A stretch of 64,000 bases of DNA from Guillardia theta CCMP2712 (Eukaryota; Protista; Cryptophyta), in NCBI RefSeq assembly GCF_000315625.1, contig NW_005434531.1:12933-76932 (forward strand), in the 5' to 3' direction. Below the pieces are notes generated by a model. That model worked only from the letters and a program-made list of their open reading frames with translations, ran no database searches and had not been told where the DNA came from. Both the position numbers and the translations under genes were made by a program. This document shows positions 50,181-59,716 of the stretch, piece by piece (the first letter of the stretch is position 1; the number at the start of each line of letters is the position of its first letter).

Positions 50181-52241
50181 ATGGCTGGGGGGGGAAGCTG
50201 CTTGCGCATACGAGGAGGGGATGCTAGGGAGGGAGGACGAGGTAATGTCTCGAGAGGAGTCAAGGAAAGAAACAAAGGGGCGAGCAAGAGGCAGCGGGTG
50301 TGCTACTCTGGAATGAATGTGAGCAAGCAGTCTGCCGAGACAGAGGTAAGAGGAGGGGTCAAGCCTGTAGAAGCAGATATCAAGGGGGTAGAAGCAAAGA
50401 TCGAGCGTGTGGAAGCAGATATCAAGGGGGTAGAAGTACAGATGAAGCTTGTGGACGAAGAAATCCAGGCTTTACTGCGTGAGATCAAATCTGAACAGGA
50501 TCCCACGATGAAGGCCGCCCTTGAGAGGAGACTCGAGCAGCTTGGAGCAGACAAGAAGCAGCTTGGAGCAGACAAGAAGCAGCTTGAAGCAGACAAGAAG
50601 CAGCTTGGAGCAGACAAGAAGCAGCTTGAAGCAGACAAGAAGCAGCTTGGAGCAGACAAGAAGCAGCTTGGAGAAGAAAAACTTATCCTTTTGAGACAGA
50701 GCACCGGATCCCATTTGCCACCGATTGCTTGGAAGGAGTCCGATGCAAGACTGGATCGGATGGGCTTTTGCAACGACAACAAGTACTTTCGTCTCGATGC
50801 ATCCTACCTACAAAGAGACGGAGAGCTCCTTCTCTACTGCCGGGAAGCTTTCAAGAATCAGCATCGTTTCTTGAGGGAGAAGGTGGTGGGGCAGCGAGCT
50901 TTTGGCTGGATCCAAGGCCCGCCGGGAACGGGGAAGACGACGACGACGCTAGCCTTCTGCTTGTCTCTTGACATGAGGGAATGGAGCGTAACGCTCATCA
51001 GGCTGCATTCAAACAAGAATACTCGGTGCATTCAAATCGTCGGCGGTAAGAGGAGATCGTGTGAAATATTACAGCCCTACTCATGGGAAGGGATCAACAG
51101 AATGCTGGAAGAATGGCAGGACTACAAGAAGGGTTTGGTGGTCCTGGACGGGTACTTGAGGCATGAGTCACATCACCGCCCCTTCCTTTGCACATGTAAC
51201 GAATGGCTGCTAGCTGATCGAGAGAATCGACGGGTTGTAGTAGCGACATCGATGTCTTCTCGAGGAAAGAGAAATGACTTTGAAGACTTTGAAGTGAATC
51301 TCCAAGAGCACACCGTTGTATCTTGGACGGAGAGAGAGTACCTGGAAGCAGTGGAGTGGGACGTTTTCTATCAGGGTGTAGCATGCATGCTGGAGGAGGA
51401 TGAAGGTGCGGCGAGCATTGGCTTGAAGACATGGAAGAGGAAAAGGTCTAAACGAGAGAAGATCAAGCTGAAATACTACCTGGCTGGCGGTTCATGTCGG
51501 TACATGTTCGAGACGCCCGCATCATTGGTGAAGCTGAGTCTGGATGCGGCTTTGAAATGCTGTCCAAACCTAGAAATCGTCTTCAGTGGCAACATTGGCG
51601 AATCATCACCGCAGGCTGTAAACCGCTTGATTGCGTGCTTCGAGTACAACGGGGAATCGAACTGGATGCCTGTGAGCAAGTATGTCGCGACGAAGCTTGC
51701 AGAAGCGGAAGAACTAGACACGCTGAAGAGGCTGTTCTCAAAGTATGGGGCACGCAATCCGACTACAAGGGGCCATCTTTTCGAGCTTTTCTTTTTCAAG
51801 AAGATCAAGGACGGGCTGAACTTCACGTATCGGGGATCACAAAAGGTCAGGCAATGGAACAAATGTCCAGTCATCACCTTTGATGCAAAGGGAGGCATGC
51901 GAACGCTTCCTGCAAAGAGAACTTGCTTGAAGCCCGTCAACCCCCTTCAAGGAGGCTACGACGCTATCATAGTAGAGCCTCGCAGGAAGTCAGTAGAGTT
52001 TGTGCAGGTGACAGAGGCAAAAGTCCACGCTTTCAAGCTGGCTTTCTTCGCAGAGGCTCTCACGGTGCTTGGCATCCCAGCAGCTGGATGGAAGGTGAAG
52101 GTGGTGTTCATGGTGCCGCGAGACAGGCTGGAGAACTTTCGGATAGGCAAAATCACGGGCTGCGGTGCGCTGGAGGAGTACGGATGGAAGGGAGGGGAGG
52201 AAGGGAGGCAGGCAAAGGTAGCGGGTATGGATGTCGCGTGA
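50181..52241 (+). CDS. Crinkler/RHS(CR)-type protein: coiled-coil header + P-loop NTPase + PD-(D/E)xK-fold nuclease, intronless
   Basis: LYCRE, WIQGPPGTGKT (Walker A), LVVLDG (Walker B), VVVATS, YYLAGGSCRYMF; C-terminal RGHLFE...GGYDAIIV...FVQVT...H is the typical CR restriction-endonuclease-fold pattern. Confidence 0.85.
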   Translation: MAGGGSCLRIRGGDAREGGRGNVSRGVKERNKGASKRQRVCYSGMNVSKQSAETEVRGGVKPVEADIKGVEAKIERVEADIKGVEVQMKLVDEEIQALLREIKSEQDPTMKAALERRLEQLGADKKQLGADKKQLEADKKQLGADKKQLEADKKQLGADKKQLGEEKLILLRQSTGSHLPPIAWKESDARLDRMGFCNDNKYFRLDASYLQRDGELLLYCREAFKNQHRFLREKVVGQRAFGWIQGPPGTGKTTTTLAFCLSLDMREWSVTLIRLHSNKNTRCIQIVGGKRRSCEILQPYSWEGINRMLEEWQDYKKGLVVLDGYLRHESHHRPFLCTCNEWLLADRENRRVVVATSMSSRGKRNDFEDFEVNLQEHTVVSWTEREYLEAVEWDVFYQGVACMLEEDEGAASIGLKTWKRKRSKREKIKLKYYLAGGSCRYMFETPASLVKLSLDAALKCCPNLEIVFSGNIGESSPQAVNRLIACFEYNGESNWMPVSKYVATKLAEAEELDTLKRLFSKYGARNPTTRGHLFELFFFKKIKDGLNFTYRGSQKVRQWNKCPVITFDAKGGMRTLPAKRTCLKPVNPLQGGYDAIIVEPRRKSVEFVQVTEAKVHAFKLAFFAEALTVLGIPAAGWKVKVVFMVPRDRLENFRIGKITGCGALEEYGWKGGEEGRQAKVAGMDVA
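50536..50672 (+). repeat. 21-bp coding tandem repeat (QL[G/E]ADKK), about 6.5 copies
   Basis: AGCAGCTTG(G/A)AGCAGACAAGA repeated with a single variable position. Confidence 0.95.
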
Positions 52242-54064
52242 GCTCACCGGCGTTCAGCAAGGATGAGCCGGGGAGGCGTGTGGCAGGCGAGGTAAAGATC
52301 CGACAAGAAGCGGCGGCTGGTCGTAAAGGGTCTGGGAAGATGATCAGGCTGATACTGCAGGATGAGATGGACATGTTGTGGAACAGACTGGCAGGGGAAG
52401 AGTGTAGAGGTTGAAAGACAACCTACTTGATCACTTTCATGTTGTACTTGATCAACGGTGTCATGATGGGAGGTACTGCTTGTGCTTACTTGATTTCGAA
52501 GTCTTTGCATCTCCATGTGCAACTTTCAAAGTCGTCACGATGCAATTTCCTCTGAGCTCCTTGTTGTAACGAGGTGAAGTAATGAAGAAAACAATTCTTG
52601 AAGCTTTCTGCTGTGTCAACAAAGGTTGCCTAGAACTACTTACCTGTCTCATTCTTCAGAAAAGGTGAGTACGTGTGTGTGTGGGCTCAGTCTCAAATGC
52701 TTGGGAGCAACCTGAACCAGCATTTACTCGGTTCCTTGCCCATACTTTTGAAGCAGATGTAACAACTTCAAAACCACTCCACCATCTTCAAAACCACTCC
52801 ATCACATTTGCATGCTCATGGTGTCTGGTGCCTCCTGACACACAGTTCCTTCAGAGGGCGTGAGCAACTGTAGGACGGGACCATCGACGACCACAACGTG
52901 CATCTCATCATCCAACACTGCAGCCATCTGTCTTCATCTGCCCCCCAACATCAGCTGCGGGACTGAAGAGTGCAGAGTCAAACCATGCAGCTTACAGGTT
53001 ACATGGGTCTCCTCGTTGCATCATTGGAGATCTTAGAGCGACTCATGACTCTCTGCTGCATCCCGTCGCCATCTCACTCCGCCATGGCTCAAGTCTAGCA
53101 ACAAGCAGCTCATGCCCATGCCATGATCTTGTCAGCGATGAAAGCCATCAACGATGACGCATGAGGGACGTGAAGAGTACAAGTATCACGCGCATCAGCT
53201 ACACGTTCTGATTATACTGATACGAGCTTCTTTATATTCGGTACTCGCTAGGGGTCCTCAGAGGGTAAGTTGAACCCAACTGATCGGACTCTCCGGCACT
53301 TAGTACACTGAGGCTGCCGCGGTGAGTTGGCGGCCTCCGGGCGCTCACCGGGCTGGCAGCCCGGCCGGCCGTGTTAACTTGCCAGTCAAAGTTGTGCGCC
53401 GCGCCCCCGCCGGCGCTGAGGACGGGCATCCGGTGGCCCGGGGCCCCGCCGGCACCATGTCGCTGTGCCCGCCGCCCGGCGAAGCCTCGGAATGACGGTG
53501 AGACGCGGCATACCGTACAGTACCGGAACGCACCCGGCCCGGGCCCGGCAATTGTTTACTCAAAGTTCAGTTAACAATCAGTAGGAGGACAATCAAGGGT
53601 GGAGGGTGGGGTACTTACTTATCACAATGACCGGTGATCAAGAGATGTGGCTGCACAACGTAGGGGTGCAACCACCCACTGCAAGGGTGGTCAAGGGGTG
53701 GGTAGTCCAGTGTTGTCTTGGGAGTGGTAGATCAAAACAGATGGGGTGGTAGGAGCATGGGTAGGTGAATGCTGAAGGGGGGTAGCGTTGGAGGGGTGGA
53801 GGGGGTGGGGGTTGGCGGCCACCGACATGCGCGGAGAGGGGAGGTGCTTGGAAAGGCGGAGGAAGAGGGAAGAGAAGGAGTAGAGGAGAGAATGCGTAGG
53901 AGAAGACAAGGGGCTAGAGGCGCTACAATGAGAAGAGAGCCAAACTCAATGCAGACGTGCTTTAGACGAGTGATGGTATTTAGGTTTCACTGGAGATGGG
54001 ACGGTGTTGGTGTGGGTCGGATCTCAGGTGTTAGGATGTGAGTTCTTGTGAAAGCACAAGTGGA

Positions 54065-54170
54065 AAGAGGGTGATACAGGCAGTTATTAAGACTCATTTT
54101 GCTGTCCCATGTAAAGGAAGAGGGTGATACAGGCAGTTATTAAGACTCATTCTGCTGTCCCATGTAAAGG
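54065..54170 (+). repeat. 53-bp tandem duplication
   Basis: 54065-54117 and 54118-54170 differ at one base. Confidence 0.95.
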
Positions 54171-54330
54171 CTTGCCTGTTCCTCATGTTCTATTCGGTGG
54201 TGCTGAGTTTTGTCTGGAATGCTACGGTTCGAGGGTAACGCATCCTTTTGCAGATGATCTCCAAGGCCTTCATGGTTATGTGCCTCTGAGATTGAAATCT
54301 ACAGTCATCAGTCTAATTCGCCGAACGAAC

Positions 54331-56385
54331 ATGCAGAAATTGATTGTATTCTTTGCTATCATCTTGGTTTATCAAGTTGTCGCTGAGAGCGTGCCATTCA
54401 CCCTAGCCAATGCAGCGCGCAAGGAATGTGGTCTTCAAACAAGCAAAAGCATCCAACAAACAATGCCGTCGGCCCGCAGTGTTGTCTTGAGATTGAATGG
54501 GGGAAGCAACACTTTCGAATCCCTTCTGGATGAAGGGGAAAATGGCCAGAAACCGCAAGGACAAGAGGTAATGTGATGGTTCCCCCGCGTTCTCGGCTGA
54601 ACTCTTCGGTAGGAGGAGGCTCCACTATCCAAGAAAGAAAAAGCTCACAAGTTCCATGATGCCGCTCACGAAGCTAAAGTTCGTGCCTCGAGATCAGAGA
54701 GTGTCGGAAGCCACGCTGAGGAAGGGTCTGACACCAAGAGGAGCGGTAGCCAGCATCAAAAGAGGAGCAAGAGTGTTTCAGCCAAGCAAGAGGCTCATGA
54801 AATTCAAGTGGAAGTTGAGAAACATGAGCAAGATGTGATACAGGAAGATGAAGCTGCTGGAGGTTGAGTTTGTGTTTTTGATGATCGCTTGAAACGCGCT
54901 CAGACAATCGTGTTTCCAGGAGCAAATGACGAAGAAATTGCTGCCAAAGATTCTCCTCAAGTCATCGCAGGTTCTCGCAACAATGCAAAGAACATTTCGA
55001 CAGCCATGAAGGACAACTTGATCGCTTATGATGATTTCATCAAGAAAAAGACAAATGCTAAAATATCATTGGTGAATCTTTTGAAGAAGGAAAACCAAGC
55101 CGAAGCAGATGATGCAGGGACAGAACAAGTAGAGCAGGACGAGGACGAGGGCGAGGGTGAGTATGAGGGCGAGGGCGAGGGCGAGTATGAGGGCGAGGGT
55201 GAGTATGAAGGCGAGGGTGAGTATGAGGGCGAGTATGAGGGCGAAGAAGAATACGAAGAGGGTGGAGCTGAGGAAGGCGAGGCATACGATGAAGACGCTG
55301 CGAATACCTTGCCAGTTGTGAGTTTGAAGCTATGATGTTCTGTTTGTTTTTTGAACGAGTCGTCAGGTTGATGGCATTCCTGCCTTGGAAGCTAGAAAAG
55401 ATCGTGACATGAAGGATCTAGGAGACTGGTTTGAAGAAGAAGATTACAACGGGAGGAAAAGCGATCGTCGTCTTCAGAAAAAATCGGTAACATGCCTTTT
55501 GCTTGATCTGACAGCAGCCCTTTGGATTTAATTTCTACACAGAATGAGCCCCAAGATGAAGGGACGGCTCCTGGTGGAATTCACGGCACCAAAACGACTG
55601 GAAATGTTGTTCGCCAGCAGCGACGCGAATACGATACAGATTTGGCGAATGGTGAAAGCAAGATTGATGAGCGATTAGCTCGTTTGATGGCAAAATCCGA
55701 TAAGTTGGAGTGGATTGCGGGTTCACAAGCCATGGCCGTGCCTAAAAGTCCCCCAAACCAGGTTTCAGATCGCTTTCAGAACAATCGCGGAAGGAGAGGG
55801 GGACGCGGTGGCCCCGGTGGAGGAGGAAGGTTTGGTCGTGGCCGAGGAATGGGGACTCGAAACTTCCGCAATTACACAGGCTCCACCCACACTGAGGGTG
55901 GATATGAGCAGGACAGGAATGGCACGAGAGCGAGGGGATACAGCCGAGGCTACAGGGGCAGAGGAGCTTTCCATGGTGGGTTTGTGAGGTCAGACGGTAA
56001 TGGGACCATGCCGCTGAACCGTGGAAACGGAACATACGCACCCAGTGGAGCTTTTGTGCGCAGAGGGAACTCTGCAGGAAGAGGAGCGGGATATACGGGA
56101 AGAGGAGCGGGATATGCGGGAGGAAGAGCGGGATATGCGGGAGGAGGAGCGGGATACGTGGGAGGAGGAGCGGGATATGCGGGTAGAGGAGCGGGATTCG
56201 CAGGTCGAGGAATGCCGTTCAGAGGAAGGGGAGCGTCGTTTCAGGGCAGGGGAATGACAGGAGAAGGAAGAGGAGCGTTCATGGGCAGAGGACGAGGCAC
56301 GTACCGCGGAGGGTCGGGCAGAGGCGACCATGCAGGGTCAGGGTTCCGAGAGGAAGAATACCCCGCGCTCGGCAGCGTGCCTTGA
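54331..56385 (+). CDS. Signal-peptide-bearing RGG-rich protein, possibly SERBP1/Stm1-like RNA-binding; multi-exon
   Basis: MQKLIVFFAIILVYQVVA signal; LRLNGG; acidic GEGEYE repeats; long RGG/RG tract; C-terminal EEEYPALG. Confidence 0.65.
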
Positions 56386-56484
56386 TACAAGGTTGAGAAA
56401 GTTGTCTTTGTTGAGAAGTAAAAGTTCAAAACGACGACGAGGAGGAATGGGCTCCTTGTATCTCTTCAGTTCTCGCCCTCGGGA

Positions 56485-56853
56485 TTATGCGATTGTACAG
56501 GAGCTGAAAGGATTCTTGCCCGACTCCACGTGCCTCTGCGGCAAATCCATGTACTCCTGCAGGGCCTGCTTGTCCTTCATCTTCATCCTCACCACCTCTG
56601 ACTTGTGCTGAGCTCCTCTCCTCACGATATCCCTGAGGATCTCCAGCCTTGTGTCTGCCATGCTCTGCTCCTCATGCTCCAGCGCCATCCTGCCGCTATG
56701 AGATGCGACTATGTACTGATCCTTGCTCAAGTGCCCTTGCTCGTGCAGGGCGTCTGCCCTTGCAAGCAAGCTCTTGACCTCGTCTCTCGTGCTTGCCGAG
56801 CAAAGTGATCGTGAAACCACAGCGGCATAAAAGTTCCTCGCGCTCATTCTCAT
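56485..56853 (-). CDS. 122-aa helical protein ending in NPF...CaaX (CTIA)
   Basis: ATG-initiated intronless ORF with protein-like composition; ends KNPFSSCTIA*. Confidence 0.65.
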   Translation of the reverse strand: MRMSARNFYAAVVSRSLCSASTRDEVKSLLARADALHEQGHLSKDQYIVASHSGRMALEHEEQSMADTRLEILRDIVRRGAQHKSEVVRMKMKDKQALQEYMDLPQRHVESGKNPFSSCTIA

Positions 56854-56940
56854 GAGATGGTTTCACCGCCATTCCCATCCTTCATGTTTGGCTGACTGGA
56901 TGTGACTGGCTGACTGCGACCTCCCATCAGCTGACCTCCT

Positions 56941-57020
56941 TCCCCTTGGCTCCCCTTGGCTCCCCTTGGCTCCCCTTGGCTCCCCTTGGCTCCCCTTGGC
57001 TCCGCTTGGCTCCCCTTGGC
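56941..57020 (+). repeat. 10-bp tandem repeat (TCCCCTTGGC) x8
   Basis: Eight copies, one variant, in the divergent intergenic region. Confidence 0.95.
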
Positions 57021-57464
57021 TCCTCCTGCCTTCTCTTGCGCCTCCTGCCTCCTCCTGCCTCCTCCTGCCTCCTCCTGCCTTCTCTTGCGCCTCCTGTCTC
57101 CTCCTGTCTCCTGCCCCTGCTTAGTTGCGTCCTGCTTGCTCCTCCTCCCGGGCCCGCCCCTGACCCAATCCGTCCCCTCCTGTTTCCCCCTCGACCCCAC
57201 ATCCCCCCCTTCCCCTCCCCATCTCCCTCCTGCTCCCTGCCCCTGCCCCTGCCCTCTCTCCTCTCCCTCCTCCCTCCCTTCCACGTCGTCCCTGCATGAC
57301 AGCGATGGCATTGGACTGACTGGTCGGATACCAAGAGGCAAGCATCCATGCACATAAACGCCCGCGCCTCCCCCCCCCTTCTACATGCGGCGCATTCGGC
57401 TCGCACATGGTCAGCGTCGCATGTGTCAGGCGGGTGGAGGAGCAGAGAAGTTCGTAGCGCTAAG

Positions 57465-58819
57465 ATGATGCTCCATGTTCACGTGCTCTTTCGATTCGGA
57501 TCGCTGCCAGCGCCTCCCCGTCCTCCCTTTCTCCCAACTCTTGCATTTCCTTCCCGCCCTCCTCTGCTTCCTCTTCCTCCTCTCCCTCGATCCTTCCTCA
57601 GACGCTTCTCGTCCTCTGCAGGGAGCATGGATCACCCGTCTGACGACTTTCGCACCATAGCAGAGGCAAGAGCCTACGGGATCGCATGCCAGCTCGCCGT
57701 GGGGGTGGAGGAGAGCGAGGCCGAGTCTACGACAGAAATTCTGCTGGAGGAAGTGCTGGAATTGAAACGAGCTGAGCTGAGGAGGAGGAGGGATACGCTG
57801 CTCTCTGCCGCTCAGCGAGAAACTCTGAGGGGGTTCCTGGAGAGGAGGAGGAGCCGCGAGCCTGTGCAGTACATTGTTGGTCACTGGCCATTTTACAACC
57901 TTGAGAAGCTGCTGGTCAGAAGGCCGACGCTGATCCCGCGGCCAGAGACAGAAGAGCTCGTTGAGTTGGTGTTGAGGCAGTTCGAAGGTGCTGCAGCGGA
58001 TAGAATGCCGAAGAGAATGATGGAGATCGGTCCAGGTGATGATGATGGTGGGGTAGAGAACGATGATGATTGATGGAGGAGGAGGAGGAGGTGGAGGAGG
58101 AGGTGGTGGTGGAAGAGGTGGTGGTGATGATGATGATAAGGAAGACGAGGAGGAAGGAGATAACAGTCTTCTCAGGCACAGGCGCCATCTCCATCGCTCT
58201 TCTCAAGCAATGGAAGAAATTCTCAACCTCTTGCCTTGCGATCGAACTTTGTGATCATGCGGTCACTCTGACTCGTGAGAACTCAAGACTTCATGGTGAG
58301 AGGACAGCGACCTCACGTCTTACAGCAGCCATTGTATTTCATCTCCTATCTTGCAGAAATCCTTCTACTTCATCTAATCTGTCACAGCAATCATTCTTCT
58401 TCTCCCCACCCCTGCTCCCTTCTGCTTTTCAATTATCCATGCTCATCACTTCACACAGCATTGTGATTATGCTGGCAGGCCTCCAAGAGTCGCTCGAGGT
58501 AGAAACTGCTCTCAATGCTACCTCTTCTTCCTCTCACTTACCTGAACGTTCCTCGTCTCCTCCTTCCCCTCCTCCTTCGTTTCCACCTCTCCTACCTCCT
58601 TCACCTCCCCCCCCCCCTCCTTCACTTCTCTTTCCTCCTCCTGCAGGTTATCCTGTGCGACTTTCGCCTGTGGGTTCAGAATTCTCTTCCCATCCCAGCA
58701 CAGGAAAAGTTCGACCTCCTCGTCAGCAACCCGCCCTACATCCCATCTGATGACATGCTCATCCTCGAGCCAGAGGTCTTCTGTGAACCACCTTCCCTCC
58801 CCTCCTCCTTTTTGCTCCC

Positions 58820-58896
<77 letters not shown>

Positions 58897-59653
58897 TCTT
58901 TTTGTCTCTGTCCTTAGTGTTCCTCAGGTCAGCGATTATGAAGATCGAGCTGCTCTTCACGGAGGAGAGGATGGGATGGACCTCATACTCTGCATCCTAC
59001 GAGCAGGTGAGATAGGAGGGGGAGAGGCGGCGGGAAGGGGAGGAGGGAGGAAAGGGGAGGAGGGAGGAGAGGGGATCAAGATTCATACTGTGACTTGTTC
59101 TTCCTCTTGCTTCAGCTCCAGCCATTTTGAAGCAAGGGTCTAGCATCTGGTTGGAAGGTGAGGAGGAGGAGGACAGAACTAGAAGAGGAGAAACGATGAA
59201 AGGAAGAAGGGAGGGGGCAGTTGGGTGGAAGACTTATTGGGGGAGGAGGGGAAGGAGGAGGGGAAGGAGGAGGAGGGGGGGAAGGGTGAAAGGAGGGAGG
59301 GGAGGAGAAAGGAGGGTTGCTCGAGGGTGGAGGACTATTTCAGAGGAACTGTTGGCTCCTGCGTTCTTACATCAGCTACAGTGGACGAGAAGCATCCCGA
59401 GCTGCTGGAAACGATGAGCCGAGGAGGAGGATGCGAGAACTTGCCTTGGTGAGTGGGAGGAGGAGGAGGGAGGAGGGAGGAGGGAGGGAGGAGGAAGAGA
59501 TGAGAGGAGAAGGGGAGGGGAGGAGAATGGCGATTTTTAGATTCAGAAACAGGGGAGAGGTAACAGTTGAGCAGGGACGAGATCGAGCTAGTGGAATGGA
59601 GGAGGGACATGTATGGCAGGCCAAGATTCGTTCACTTCCGAACAAGAAAATGA
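57465..59653 (+). CDS. hemK: Release factor N5-glutamine methyltransferase HemK/PrmC, probably mitochondrial, multi-exon
   Basis: RRSREPVQYIVGHWPFY, TLIPRPETEELVE, MEIGP|GTGAISIAL, FDLLVSNPPYIP, YEDRAALHGGEDGMD, RDMYGRPRFV; Arg/Pro/Leu-rich presequence ending RRFSS. Confidence 0.93.
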
Positions 59654-59716
59654 AGACAATCTCATGTCTCCTTGTCGTCTCCCCCCTCCCGCCTTCCCCT
59701 CCCACTTCCTCCTCCT

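Larger units (their letters stand above)
49803..53594 (+). mobile_element. Putative 3.8-kb inverted-repeat-bounded element carrying a Crinkler-type NTPase-nuclease gene
   Basis: 49803-49850 and the reverse complement of 53549-53594 align with only 2 substitutions and 2 single-base indels; they enclose one long intronless ORF. No clear TSD. Confidence 0.55.
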
